Assembly: GCA_025358515.1 (NCBI GenBank)
Contig: JANYJG010000005.1
Coordinates: 4,779-68,778, forward strand
Direction of reading: 5' to 3'
From: Chloroflexota bacterium
GTDB taxonomy: Bacteria; Chloroflexota; Limnocylindria; Limnocylindrales; CSP1-4
Length of the DNA stretch: 64,000 nt
Under the pieces are notes generated by a model, which saw only the letters and a program-made list of their open reading frames with translations, was not told the origin of the DNA and made no database searches. Shown in pieces: positions 1 through 10,629 of this stretch; the first letter of the stretch is position 1; every line of letters begins with the position of its first letter. The position numbers and the translations under genes are program-made.

Positions 1-40
1 GAGGCTTAGTGGTTGTTCCGTGGAGACAAGGGCGCGCCGC

Positions 41-1165
<1,125 letters not shown>

Positions 1166-1412
1166 ATTTCCGCTCCACCTCTGCGAAGTAGTCTGATGCC
1201 GAGCCAGCATACGTCGGGTTACGGTCCAAGTCGCGGAACGCCAACCGCCTCTTCACCGCAGCGGGTCACACCGGGTGGGGCCAATTGGCCTTCCACTCCG
1301 GCGCCGTTGGACTTCCGACCTGGGACCTCTTGGCCCTCGTCCGATGCCCGGTCGGTGACCGATGCTCTCAAGGTGGACGGGCGTCCGTCGACTTTCGCAT
1401 TCGAGGACGAGC

Positions 1413-1904
1413 ATGCCGGTGCTGACAGCAAAGAGAACCGCCCCTACCGACGACAAGCGCTGGCGCATCGTCGAGACGCGAATGCGTCGCCTGGGCGATC
1501 GGCCCGAGGCTCTCATTGAGGCGCTCCATGCGGCTCAGGAAGCCTTCGGATACCTCGACAGTGACGCCCTGCAATACGTCAGCGACATCCTCGGCGTGCC
1601 GCCGGCCAAGGTGTACGGGGTCGCGACGTTTTACTCGTTCTTCACTCTCAAGCCTCAGGGCGAGCACACCTGCGTCGTCTGCACCGGCACGGCCTGCTAT
1701 ATCAACGGCGCCAAGGACATCATGGCCGGCATCGACGCCCACTTCGGCATCAAGCCCCGCCAGACCACTCCCGATGGCAAGTTGTCGCTCCTGACAGCGC
1801 GCTGCCTGGGAGCCTGCAGCCTGGCCCCGGCGGTGATCGTCGATGGCAATGTCCACGGCAAGATCACAGCGGACGAGTTGATCGCTCGCCTGGAGGCCAT
1901 ATGA
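1413..1904 (+). CDS. hoxE: Bidirectional [NiFe]-hydrogenase diaphorase subunit HoxE (NuoE-like 2Fe-2S protein)
   Basis: ATG at 1413 is preceded by GAGGA. It has the NuoE/HoxE cysteine pattern CVVCTGTAC ... [13 protein letters not shown] stop/start overlap with the next gene at 1901-1904. Confidence 0.85.
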   Translation: MPVLTAKRTAPTDDKRWRIVETRMRRLGDRPEALIEALHAAQEAFGYLDSDALQYVSDILGVPPAKVYGVATFYSFFTLKPQGEHTCVVCTGTACYINGAKDIMAGIDAHFGIKPRQTTPDGKLSLLTARCLGACSLAPAVIVDGNVHGKITADELIARLEAI

Positions 1905-3562
1905 GCGAGATGCCTGCTGCGGTCCCCCCGAAGCAACACCGAGCCCCCGACGACCAGGTCATCGATGGTTCGCCGCGAGCCTCCGCCTACGTCTGCTGCG
2001 CCGCCAGTTGTGTCTCGGCGCAGTCCGATGTGATCCTCAAAAACCTGGCCGCGCGCGTCACCGAAGCCGGTCTGGGCGACGTAGCCGTAAAGCGCGTCGG
2101 CTGTCTGGGCCTGTGCGCCGCCGGGCCGCTCGTCTCAATTCCCGAGACCGGCCGAATGTTCGAGCACGTGACGCCGGACAAACTCGACTCCATTGTCCAG
2201 CTGCTGCAGACCGTCCAGCCGACCGGCCAGATGGAGCCGCAGGCGCCCTTCTTCTCCAAGCAGGTCCGGGTCGCGACGGAGAACATGGGTGTCATCGACC
2301 CCGAGAGCATCGACGACTACATCGCTCGAGGCGGGTATGAGGCGCTGCATCAGGTTCTGACGACGATGACGGCCGCGGAAGTCCGCGACGAGATCACACG
2401 CAGTAGCCTTCGAGGACGCGGCGGCGCCGGTTATCCGACAGGGCTCAAATGGACGACCGTGGCCAAGGCTCAAGGTAACCCCAAGTACGTCGTCTGCAAC
2501 GCGGACGAGGGCGATCCGGGTGCCTTCATGGACCGCAGCGTTCTCGAGAGCGACCCGTTCCGCGTTCTGGAGGGGATGACCATCGCGGCCGTCGCGGTAG
2601 GCGCCTCGGAAGGCTACATCTACTGCCGCGCCGAGTACCCCCTGGCCGTGGCTCGACTGCGGACTGCCATCCGGCATGCCCAGCGGGCGGGCCTCCTCGG
2701 CACCGGAATCAGCGAAACCTCTTTCAGCTTCGACATTCAGATCCGACTCGGCGCAGGCGCGTTCGTGTGCGGCGAGGAAACCGCGCTGCTGGCATCTGTC
2801 GAGGGACGCCGCGGAACGCCGCGCCCGCGTCCACCATATCCCGCTGTCGCCGGCCTGTGGCACAAGCCGACCCTCATCAACAACGTCGAGACCTTCGCCA
2901 ACGTGCCAACGATCATTCGCAAAGGCGCGGAATGGTACTCCGCGATCGGCACGGAGGGGGGCAAGAGCAAGGGCACCAAGGTCTTCGCCCTGGCCGGCCG
3001 GGTGGTGAACACCGGCCTGGTCGAGGTGCCGATGGGAATGACGCTCCGCGAGATCGTTTTCGACATCGGCGGCGGCATCGTCAACGGCCGGCCGTTCAAG
3101 GCCGTCCAGACCGGCGGGCCTTCAGGCGGTTGCATTCCAGCTCAGTATCTGGACATGCCGGTGGACTACGAGTCGCTCATCGGTGTCGGTTCGTTCATGG
3201 GTTCGGGCGGCATGATCGTCATGGACGACACGTCCTGCATGGTGGACGTTGCTCGCTACTTCATGGACTTCTGTCGCGAGGAATCCTGCGGCAAGTGCGT
3301 CCCATGTCGAGTCGGCACCACGGAGCTGTACATGCTCCTGGACCTGATCGCCCGCGGCGACGCGACGATGGACGACCTGGCCCAGATGGAACATCTGGCG
3401 GGCATCGTCCAGCGGACGAGTCTCTGCGGACTCGGACAGGGTGCACCAAATCCCATCTTCAGCACGTTGCGGTACTTCCGGGACGAGTACGTCGCGCACA
3501 TCGTGGATCGCGTCTGCCCGGCCGGGGTCTGCATAATCGAGTCCGCCGAGGTAGCGCTATGA
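1901..3562 (+). CDS. hoxF: Hydrogenase diaphorase subunit HoxF (NuoF-like, NAD(P)H/FMN-binding, Fe-S)
   Basis: [20 protein letters not shown]-site motif and [10 protein letters not shown] 4Fe-4S motif. N-terminal thioredoxin-like 2Fe-2S region (CAASCVSA...CLGLCAAGP). GGAGG lies upstream of the ATG. Confidence 0.9.
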   Translation: MSEMPAAVPPKQHRAPDDQVIDGSPRASAYVCCAASCVSAQSDVILKNLAARVTEAGLGDVAVKRVGCLGLCAAGPLVSIPETGRMFEHVTPDKLDSIVQLLQTVQPTGQMEPQAPFFSKQVRVATENMGVIDPESIDDYIARGGYEALHQVLTTMTAAEVRDEITRSSLRGRGGAGYPTGLKWTTVAKAQGNPKYVVCNADEGDPGAFMDRSVLESDPFRVLEGMTIAAVAVGASEGYIYCRAEYPLAVARLRTAIRHAQRAGLLGTGISETSFSFDIQIRLGAGAFVCGEETALLASVEGRRGTPRPRPPYPAVAGLWHKPTLINNVETFANVPTIIRKGAEWYSAIGTEGGKSKGTKVFALAGRVVNTGLVEVPMGMTLREIVFDIGGGIVNGRPFKAVQTGGPSGGCIPAQYLDMPVDYESLIGVGSFMGSGGMIVMDDTSCMVDVARYFMDFCREESCGKCVPCRVGTTELYMLLDLIARGDATMDDLAQMEHLAGIVQRTSLCGLGQGAPNPIFSTLRYFRDEYVAHIVDRVCPAGVCIIESAEVAL

Positions 3563-4275
3563 CCACGGTCTTCACTTTCGTTATCGATGGCGCGGCCGTG
3601 GCCGGGTCCGAAGGCCAGACGGTGCTGGACGTCGCTACCGAAAACGGCATCGACATCCCGACCCTATGCCATCTCGACGGCATCACCGACCGCGGCGCCT
3701 GCCGTTTGTGCGTCGTCGAGATCGCCGGTTCGAACAAGCTCGCCCCGGCCTGTACGACCCAGATAACCGAGGGCATGGATGTCACGGCTCACTCGGATCG
3801 CCTCCAGGAATACCGGCGCGCGATCATCGAGATGCTATTCGTAGAGCGCAACCATGTGTGCGCGGTGTGCGTGGCTAACAACCACTGCGAGTTGCAGGAC
3901 CTCGCCGATGAGCTGCGGGTCACCCATTTCGACCTGGCGCCCATAAACCCGGTACTCGGCATCGACGCTAGCCACCGGCTCTTCGCCATCGACCACAACC
4001 GCTGCATCCTGTGCCTGCGCTGCGTTCGAGTCTGCGATGAGATCGAGGGGGCCCATACCTGGGACGTCATGCAGCGCGGCATCGAGACCCGAGTGGTAAC
4101 GGACATGGGCAAGCCTTGGGGCGAGTCCACGACCTGCACCAGTTGCGGGAAATGCGTTCAGGTCTGCCCCACGGGTGCGCTCTTCGAGAAGGGCCGCGCG
4201 GTCGCCCGCGGCAGCAAGACCCTCCGTCCCTACATGCCGTATCTCAAGGTCGTTCGGGAGGAGCACGGTTCATGA
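3559..4275 (+). CDS. hoxU: Hydrogenase diaphorase Fe-S subunit HoxU (NuoG N-terminal-like)
   Basis: In-frame ATG at 3559 within track ORF 2767..4275, overlapping the hoxF stop (ATGA). Contains 2Fe-2S CRLCVVEI, then [11 protein letters not shown] and [12 protein letters not shown] ferredoxin motifs. Confidence 0.88.
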   Translation: MTTVFTFVIDGAAVAGSEGQTVLDVATENGIDIPTLCHLDGITDRGACRLCVVEIAGSNKLAPACTTQITEGMDVTAHSDRLQEYRRAIIEMLFVERNHVCAVCVANNHCELQDLADELRVTHFDLAPINPVLGIDASHRLFAIDHNRCILCLRCVRVCDEIEGAHTWDVMQRGIETRVVTDMGKPWGESTTCTSCGKCVQVCPTGALFEKGRAVARGSKTLRPYMPYLKVVREEHGS

Positions 4276-4802
4276 GCAAGCCAACCCTCGCCACCGTCTG
4301 GCTCGATGGCTGCTCAGGCTGCCACATGTCGCTTATCGATATGGACGAGCGCCTGCTCGGCATCCTGGATCGGGCCGACCTCGTCTACAGCCCGCTCGTC
4401 GATCGCAAGGATTACCCCGAGCACGTTGACATCTGCCTCGTAGAAGGCGCCGTATCCAGCGAAGAGGACCTGCACAAGATCCGCATGGTCCGCGAACGCA
4501 CCACGACGCTCATCTCCTTCGGCGACTGCGCCGTAACGGCCAACGTGCCCGGCATGCGCAACCCGATCGGTGTCGCCCCGCTCCTCGATCGCGCGTACAT
4601 CGAAAACGTGACCACCAACCCGCAGCTTCCCTCGCAGATCATCCCGAAGCTGCTGCCCACCGCCAGGCCTGTGCATCGGGTGGTGAAGGTCGACGTCTTC
4701 CTACCAGGCTGTCCGCCGTCCGCGTATCTCATCCACCAGCTACTCGACGACCTGCTGGCCGGCCGCGTCCCCGACGTGGCGGGCGCTCGCTTCGGTCGCT
4801 GA
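4272..4802 (+). CDS. hoxY: [NiFe]-hydrogenase small subunit HoxY (group 3 type)
   Basis: Starts [20 protein letters not shown] (proximal-cluster CxGC) and also has FGDCA and LPGCPP. ATG at 4272 overlaps the hoxU stop. Confidence 0.88.
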   Translation: MSKPTLATVWLDGCSGCHMSLIDMDERLLGILDRADLVYSPLVDRKDYPEHVDICLVEGAVSSEEDLHKIRMVRERTTTLISFGDCAVTANVPGMRNPIGVAPLLDRAYIENVTTNPQLPSQIIPKLLPTARPVHRVVKVDVFLPGCPPSAYLIHQLLDDLLAGRVPDVAGARFGR

Positions 4803-4813
4803 CGGGAGTCCAC

Positions 4814-6235
4814 GTGAACAGACAACTGATCATCGATCCCGTCACCAGGATCGAAGGCCACTCCAAAATCACCATCCAGCTCGACGCCCGGGGCGAGGTC
4901 GTCGACGCTCATTTCCACGTGACGCAGTTCCGCGGCTTCGAGCGCATCACCCAGGGCCGCCCGGTTCACGAGATGCCCTCGATCATGGCCCGCATCTGCG
5001 GCATCTGCCCGGTCAGCCACCTCATCGCCTCCTCCAAGGCAGTCGATGAGATCATGGCCGTGGAGCCTTCGCCGACCGGCGCCGACTTGCGCCGCATCCT
5101 CAACCTGGCCCAGATCGTCCAGTCGAACGCCCTGAGCTTCTTCCATCTCTCCTCTCCGGACCTTTTGTTCGGGTTCGACGCCGACCCGGCCGTTCGCAAC
5201 ATCGTGGGCCTGGCACGCGAGAACCCGCAGTTCGCTAAGGACGGGATCGCCTTGCGCCGCTTCGGGCAGGAGATCATCGAGTGGCTGGGCGGCAAGCGGA
5301 TCCATCCCTCCTGGATCGTTCCGGGCGGCGTTGCGCAGCCCCTGAGCGCTGAAACCCGCGACCGCGTTCTGGCGGGGATCCCCGACGCGATCGCGATCGT
5401 CGAACGGGCCCTGACCTGGTACAAGACTGAGATGATCCGATGGGAGGAAGAGGCCGCGCAGTTCGGCAACTTCCGCTCCGCCTTCATGGGCCTGGTGGAT
5501 AAGCACGGCAACGTCGACCACTACGACGGCTGGCTGCGCGTCATCGATGCCGATGGCGGCTACATCGCCGACCGCGTCGATCCTCACACATACCCCGATC
5601 TTATCGGCGAAGCGGTCGAACCGTGGTCGTACCTGAAGTCGGTCTACTGGAAGTCCATGGGCTATCCGGACGGCGTCTATCGGGTCGGTCCTCTGGCCCG
5701 CGTCAACGTGTCCGATCACATGGGCACGCCCCGCGCCGACGAGGAGCTTCAGAAGTTCCGCTGGCGCGTCGGCCGCGTGGCCGGCAGCTCCTTCCATTAC
5801 CACTACGCCCGGCTGATAGACACCCTGTGTGCCGTGGAAAAGATCGAGCAGCTGCTGCGCGGCCCGGACATCCTGTCCAAGCATGTGCGATCCCACGCCG
5901 AAGTGAACCGTCACGAGGGCATCGGCGTCTCCGAAGCCCCGCGCGGCACTCTCATGCACCACTACAAGGTGGACGACGACGGCATCGTCCAGTGGGCCAA
6001 CCTCATCATCGCCACGGGTCACAACAACCTGGCCATGAACCGCAGCGTCCTCCAAGTGGCACGGCACTACGTCAAGGGCAACGACCTCAGCGAGGGCATG
6101 CTCAACCGGGTCGAGTCAGTCATCCGCTGCTACGACCCGTGCCTCAGCTGCTCCACCCATGCCCTGGGCGAAATGGCGCTCCATATCCAGCTCCTCGGCC
6201 CCGACGGAGGCCTGCTGGACGAGCTGAAGCGGTGA
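4814..6235 (+). CDS. hoxH: [NiFe]-hydrogenase large subunit HoxH (group 3d-like)
   Basis: Contains RIEGH, the N-terminal Ni-Fe ligand motif RICGICPVSH and the C-terminal DPCLSCSTH. A cleavable tail (ALGEMALH...) follows. GTG start. Confidence 0.92.
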   Translation: MNRQLIIDPVTRIEGHSKITIQLDARGEVVDAHFHVTQFRGFERITQGRPVHEMPSIMARICGICPVSHLIASSKAVDEIMAVEPSPTGADLRRILNLAQIVQSNALSFFHLSSPDLLFGFDADPAVRNIVGLARENPQFAKDGIALRRFGQEIIEWLGGKRIHPSWIVPGGVAQPLSAETRDRVLAGIPDAIAIVERALTWYKTEMIRWEEEAAQFGNFRSAFMGLVDKHGNVDHYDGWLRVIDADGGYIADRVDPHTYPDLIGEAVEPWSYLKSVYWKSMGYPDGVYRVGPLARVNVSDHMGTPRADEELQKFRWRVGRVAGSSFHYHYARLIDTLCAVEKIEQLLRGPDILSKHVRSHAEVNRHEGIGVSEAPRGTLMHHYKVDDDGIVQWANLIIATGHNNLAMNRSVLQVARHYVKGNDLSEGMLNRVESVIRCYDPCLSCSTHALGEMALHIQLLGPDGGLLDELKR

Positions 6236-6735
6236 CGACGGGCGGCTCCGGCGGCCCTGGTGGCGTCGGCCCTGGCGCGGGCGTCCTCATCATCGGCTAC
6301 GGCAACACGCTCCGCAGCGACGACGGGCTGGGCTGGCACGTGGTGGCGCGTCTCGCGGACGACCCGCGCATCTCCGGCGCGGAGCTTGTGGCGCGGCACC
6401 AGCTATCGCCCGAACTGGCGGTGGACGTCGTCCGCGCCACTTTGGTGATCCTGATAGACGCGGCCGTGGACGTTGAACCTGGCGTCGTGGCCGTTAGACA
6501 GCTGGCAGTCGGACCCGCGCCCGATGCCACGCTCATGTCGCACCACGTGGACCCGGCGAGCCTCGTGGCGCTGGCCGCGGAGTTGTACAGCGCCGCGCCG
6601 GCGGTCTACCTCGTCAGCATGGGCGCGGCATCCCTTGAAGTCGGCGATCAGCTGACGCCTGAGGTCGAACGCGCTATCCCGGAGTTGCTGGAAGCGGTGA
6701 TCGGGATCGCGCTGCAACACCAGCGGCCGCGCTGA
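6232..6735 (+). CDS. hoxW: Hydrogenase maturation endopeptidase (HoxW/HybD family)
   Basis: GTG at 6232 overlaps the hoxH TGA (GTGA). Contains the GYGNTLRSDDGLG motif typical of HybD/HoxW proteases. Sits directly after hoxH. Confidence 0.8.
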   Translation: MTTGGSGGPGGVGPGAGVLIIGYGNTLRSDDGLGWHVVARLADDPRISGAELVARHQLSPELAVDVVRATLVILIDAAVDVEPGVVAVRQLAVGPAPDATLMSHHVDPASLVALAAELYSAAPAVYLVSMGAASLEVGDQLTPEVERAIPELLEAVIGIALQHQRPR

Positions 6736-6746
6736 GGCGAGCCGGC

Positions 6747-9413
6747 CTAGAGCGGCGGCAGCAACTGCTCCAGGCCGAGAGCCGGCTCGAATAGGTCGCC
6801 GCGCTCTGCCAGCCTTTCCAGGATCGTCCGTAGCGTCCAGCGGTTGGGCCGAAGTTCCGGGTCGTCGAGTTCTTCCCACGCAATAGGTGCCGAGACTGGT
6901 GCGCCGCTCACTGGTCTGACCGAGTACGGCGCAACCAGGGTCTTGTTCCAGGCGTTTTGGGTGTAGTCGAGGCGGGCCAGTCCGTCTCGACGCGACTTCG
7001 ACCATTCCCAGCTGACCAACTCCGGCACGGCGGCGGCAATGCTCCGAGACAGCGCCGCCACCCAGTCTCGCGTCTCGTCGAACGAATAGATCGGCTTGAG
7101 GGGGATCCAGACCTGGATACCGCGCTGGCCGCTCAGCTTGGCGAAGCCACGCAGGTCGAGATGCTCCAGCGCAGTCCGGTAGAGACGGGCGAGAAGCAGC
7201 GTCTCGCTCCACGAGGTTCGGGGGCCCGGGTCGATATCAACGAGCGCCCACGTCGGTCTATCCGGCGCGGCGATCGTGTACGTCGAGGGGTGGATGTCGA
7301 TCGCCGCCTCATTGGCCACCCAAGCCAGTGTCGCCGCGGAATCGGCCACCAGGAAGTCGGTTGAATCGGACGTGGCCCGCGATGTCCAGGGCCAGCAAGC
7401 AACCCACTCCGGTGCATGCTTGGGAACCTGCTTCTGCCAGAATCCGGCCCGATCGATGCCATCCGGGTACCGCTGCAGCGTCAACGCACGGCCGCGGAGG
7501 TATGGCAACAGGTACGGCGCGATCTCCGCGTGGTACCGAACCAGGTCACGTTTAGTGAACCCATCCGCCGGCCACAGCACCTTGTCCAGGTTAGATAGTT
7601 TGAGCCGCCTGCCGCCGACCGCCCACAGGCCACCTTTCCCGGGCAGGGCATCGAGGGCCCCGACTTCCTCCGGCGAAACGCGCTCGGCGTCCGCGGGCGA
7701 GGCGGGTGGCGCGGCCGTCACCAGGGGTGGCGCAGCCGTCGCTGTGGGTGGCGCAGCCGTCGAGTCGGCCGATGAACCGGCCGATAGGGCCAGTGCGGAG
7801 GCGTCCCGTTTCGCCTCTCGGGTTTCACGCGGCCGCTCGCGGACAACAGCGCGAGCGTCGGCATCCGGTTCCAGACCCTTGTACGACGGGGCCCGCAGGT
7901 TGCCGTCCGCGGTCCATTCTGCGAACTCGACGCGGGCAACGAGCCGTGGCTCCACCCAACGCACGCCCTTCTCTCGTGGGATCGGGTGGAACGGAGTGGA
8001 AGTCAGAGCCAGCGGCTTAAGCAGCTCCATCAGCCGACTCCGTTCTCGGGCGTCAAAGCCCGTGCCCACCTTCCCGACCGGGCGCAGGAGACCGTAGCCA
8101 TCGAAGACGCCGAGCATGAGCGCGCCGAGGTCGTCCTCCGAGCCCACGCGGGGCGTCCAACCGCCCACAATGAATTCCTGTTCCGATCGGCGCTTGATCT
8201 TGAGCCAGGCCGGCGATCGCCGACCGGCCTGGTAACGGCTGCGACGGAGCTTGGCCATCGTGCCCTCGAGCCCGCGCGCAGCGACGGCATCGAAGAACGC
8301 CTCGCCGTCACCCTCAATGTGGCTGGCGTAATGGATGGCGCCGGAGTCGTGCAGGACCGACCGCAGGATGCTCTTGCGCGTTTCAAGTGGCTCATCGAGG
8401 AGCGATCGACCGTCCAGGTACAGAAGGTCGAATACCTCATAGGCAAGCGAACCATGGGCTTCTGCCGGTGACTTGTGCCCGGAGATTCGCTTACGAGCCT
8501 GCAGGAGGCCAAAGTCCGGCTCGCCTTGGGCGTTTAGGGCGACGACCTCGCCATCGACGATCGCCTCCCGGGCGCCAATCCAGGTTGGCGGTCCCGCCAG
8601 TTCCGGGAAGTACGCCGCGGCGTCGAGGCCGCGCCGCGTATAGAGGGCCACCCTGCCGTCACGGACGTGAGCCTGGACGCGGTAACCGTCCCATTTGAGC
8701 TCGAAGAGCCAATCGGGATCGCTGAATGGGCCGTCGATCAGGGTGGCCGTCATCGGCTCGATGAAGCCCGGCATGGAGCCGAGTGGCGCTCCGGCAGCAG
8801 GGGCCCCCGGATCGCTGCCGGCAGCCACCTTGCCGGCGGCCACCTCGTCATTCGTCCGACCCGTCTTGACCGACAAAGGGTACGACTCGGCGTCCCAACC
8901 CGATGCGGCCCAGGCGTCTCGCTTCTTGATCAAAAGCCACCACTCTCGATCCGAGCGGTCGCCCTCTCCCCCCGGCCGGCCCCTGGTCCGAACGATCGTG
9001 AAACGACCGCGCACCTTTTCGCCCCGGAAGACGAGCTTCAGCTCGCCGTCTCGCAGCGCCGAGGCCGGATCTTGCGTGGCCTCCGGCTCGAAAGTACCCC
9101 AATCCCAAACGATCACGTCGCCCCCGCCGTATTCGCCCGCCGGAATCGTGCCCTCGAAATCGTAGTAGTCGAGGGGATGATCCTCGACGCGAAATGCGGC
9201 CCTCTTGAGCGTGGAGTCGAGGCTCGGTCCCTTCGGAACGGCCCAACTCACCAGAACGCCGCCGATCTCAAGACGAAGGTCGTAGTGGAGTTGGCGGGCA
9301 CGGTGCCGCTGAACGACGAACCTGCCGCCGCCGTCGGCAATTGGGACCGGGGCGCCACTTGGCTCAGGCGTCCGGCTGAAATCTCGCTTGCGTCGATACC
9401 GCTCCAGGCTCAC
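6747..9413 (-). CDS. ligD: Multidomain ATP-dependent DNA ligase D (phosphoesterase - ligase - polymerase/primase order)
   Basis: N-terminal PE domain has RFVVQRHRARQLHYDLRLE. The ligase adenylation motif is ELKWDGYR (KxDG). The C-terminal LigD-Pol-like region has KLSGQRGIQVWIPL. GTG start at 9413. Confidence 0.88.
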   Translation of the reverse strand: MSLERYRRKRDFSRTPEPSGAPVPIADGGGRFVVQRHRARQLHYDLRLEIGGVLVSWAVPKGPSLDSTLKRAAFRVEDHPLDYYDFEGTIPAGEYGGGDVIVWDWGTFEPEATQDPASALRDGELKLVFRGEKVRGRFTIVRTRGRPGGEGDRSDREWWLLIKKRDAWAASGWDAESYPLSVKTGRTNDEVAAGKVAAGSDPGAPAAGAPLGSMPGFIEPMTATLIDGPFSDPDWLFELKWDGYRVQAHVRDGRVALYTRRGLDAAAYFPELAGPPTWIGAREAIVDGEVVALNAQGEPDFGLLQARKRISGHKSPAEAHGSLAYEVFDLLYLDGRSLLDEPLETRKSILRSVLHDSGAIHYASHIEGDGEAFFDAVAARGLEGTMAKLRRSRYQAGRRSPAWLKIKRRSEQEFIVGGWTPRVGSEDDLGALMLGVFDGYGLLRPVGKVGTGFDARERSRLMELLKPLALTSTPFHPIPREKGVRWVEPRLVARVEFAEWTADGNLRAPSYKGLEPDADARAVVRERPRETREAKRDASALALSAGSSADSTAAPPTATAAPPLVTAAPPASPADAERVSPEEVGALDALPGKGGLWAVGGRRLKLSNLDKVLWPADGFTKRDLVRYHAEIAPYLLPYLRGRALTLQRYPDGIDRAGFWQKQVPKHAPEWVACWPWTSRATSDSTDFLVADSAATLAWVANEAAIDIHPSTYTIAAPDRPTWALVDIDPGPRTSWSETLLLARLYRTALEHLDLRGFAKLSGQRGIQVWIPLKPIYSFDETRDWVAALSRSIAAAVPELVSWEWSKSRRDGLARLDYTQNAWNKTLVAPYSVRPVSGAPVSAPIAWEELDDPELRPNRWTLRTILERLAERGDLFEPALGLEQLLPPL
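7704..7766 (-). repeat. 3 x 21-nt in-frame tandem repeat in the LigD ligase-to-polymerase linker (TAAPPxx heptads)
   Basis: The units ggtggcgcggccgtcaccagg / ggtggcgcagccgtcgctgtg / ggtggcgcagccgtcgagtcg are read directly from the sequence. Confidence 0.8.
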
Positions 9414-9497
9414 AGGCGGAGCTTAGATCGCCCGGACCAGCCCAAGCGTTACGGATCAACCTCGGCCCTCCCAGTGAGCCCGTCGCCTGGGAACTCG

Positions 9498-10109
9498 TCA
9501 GGCGATGAGTTTGCCGTAGTCCTCGGGCACGCCTCCCGCGGCAGATGCCTCCTCGGCGACCGCGTCCACGGTTACGTCTTCCCAGAAAGCCACGGCGGAC
9601 CGCTCGTACATCACGGCCATGCGCAAACCGTGGCTAAGCCACTGTTCCAAGGTGCGCTGCCCGAAGGCTGAGCCAGTCCCACTGCCAAGGACCTCGTCCT
9701 TCATGTAGGCGGCCAGCTTGGCTCGATGAACGGCTAGCTGCTCACGAGCGATGGTCCATTGAGTCTGGGAAGGCCCCATGTCCGAGAAGAAGATCTGGAG
9801 TAGCCCCGGGTCCCTGAGCTCCGTCGGTTCGCGGTTGGGGCGTTCGAGCCACGCCCGGAGGGCGTGAGAGCCTGCGTCCGTTATGGTAAACACGCGGCGC
9901 CTGCGGCCGCGCTCCTCTTGGGTCTCCGTCGCAAGCCCGATCGAGGCCAGGCGGGTCGGCTCGGCATAGAGCAGCGCGTGCGGAAATGACCAGAAATGGC
10001 CGAGCGTTGCCGCCACGTGTCGCTTAAGATCATACGGAGTACAGGGGCCCTCGCGTGCAAGGAGACCCAGCACCAGGTACGACGTTGAACTCAGCTGGTC
10101 GGTTGACAT
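9498..10109 (-). CDS. PadR-family transcriptional regulator (long form with C-terminal domain), copy 1
   Basis: Track ORF 9498..10427 trimmed to MSTDQLSSTSYLVLGLLAREGPCTPYDLKRHV...FWSFPHALLYAEPTRL (PadR winged helix). An alternative ATG lies at 10121. It is a paralogue of 11587..12258. Confidence 0.85.
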   Translation of the reverse strand: MSTDQLSSTSYLVLGLLAREGPCTPYDLKRHVAATLGHFWSFPHALLYAEPTRLASIGLATETQEERGRRRRVFTITDAGSHALRAWLERPNREPTELRDPGLLQIFFSDMGPSQTQWTIAREQLAVHRAKLAAYMKDEVLGSGTGSAFGQRTLEQWLSHGLRMAVMYERSAVAFWEDVTVDAVAEEASAAGGVPEDYGKLIA

Positions 10110-10120
10110 GGTCCACACCA

Positions 10121-10149
10121 TACCATATGCTGCAGATGGTTCACAGTTG
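10121..10149. promoter_or_regulatory. Conserved divergent-promoter/operator motif, copy 1 (TACCATAT-N11-TTCACAGTTG)
   Basis: The same two blocks recur at 12266..12295 upstream of the second PadR. On the minus strand TATGGT reads as a -10 a few nt before the PadR ATG. On the plus strand TTCACA resembles a -35. Confidence 0.45.
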
Positions 10150-10250
10150 ATTTTGAAGTGCAGGTACCACTGGAAATGACTATTCAAGATCCGAACCCGG
10201 CGGCGGCGACTACGACCACAATCACAACAGTTCCGCCCAGACGAGGCGAG

Positions 10251-10538
10251 ATGGCTCGCCGCATCACGGTCTTCGCATTCGGTATCATCCAGGGCTTGAT
10301 CGTCCTGCGTCTCGTCTTGCTCCTGGTTGGCGCCCGCGAGGCCAACGGCCTGGTCGCCTTTATCCTGAATCTCAGTCAGATTTTCGTCTGGCCGTTTGAA
10401 GGCATTCTCCGCACGAATGCCGTTCACGGAGGCGCCTCCACGCTGGAGATCGCTGGCATCGTCGCGCTTATCGGCTGGACGATCGTGGAAGGCCTAGTGA
10501 TCGCCTCCATCGGCCTATTCCGGCGAGAACCTGCCTGA
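10251..10538 (+). CDS. YggT-like small integral membrane protein
   Basis: MARRITVFAFGIIQGLIVLRLVLLLVG...IAGIVALIGWTIVEGLVIASIG gives two TM segments in about 95 aa, which is YggT-like in size and topology. GAGG lies before the ATG at 10251; upstream alternative starts are at 10158 and 10176. Confidence 0.55.
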   Translation: MARRITVFAFGIIQGLIVLRLVLLLVGAREANGLVAFILNLSQIFVWPFEGILRTNAVHGGASTLEIAGIVALIGWTIVEGLVIASIGLFRREPA

Positions 10539-10629
10539 CCACTCATCCATCGCCAACTCGAGTAGCCCTGACCGACAGAGCCTCAGCCCTCAATGCGAGG
10601 CAACGCTTGTACCGGGAGGTAGAAGTTAA

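Noticed and set aside
1341-1365. Short direct repeat CCGATGC-N11-CCGATGC and the 11-nt palindrome TCGGTgACCGA in the pfk/hoxE divergent region, considered as a regulator site.
   Set aside because: The elements are too short to distinguish from chance in GC-rich DNA without comparative data.
4412-6067. 551-aa minus-strand ORF antisense to hoxY/hoxH. Similar long antisense ORFs occur at 13665..14768, 16364..17761, 27016..27966, 27699..28844, 35691..37235, 48905..50101, 57941..58870 and 62341..63534.
   Set aside because: These are high-GC genomes' stop-poor antisense frames. The translations are Arg/Gly/Ala/Pro-rich with no recognisable motif. Each is fully covered by a gene with strong family signatures on the other strand.
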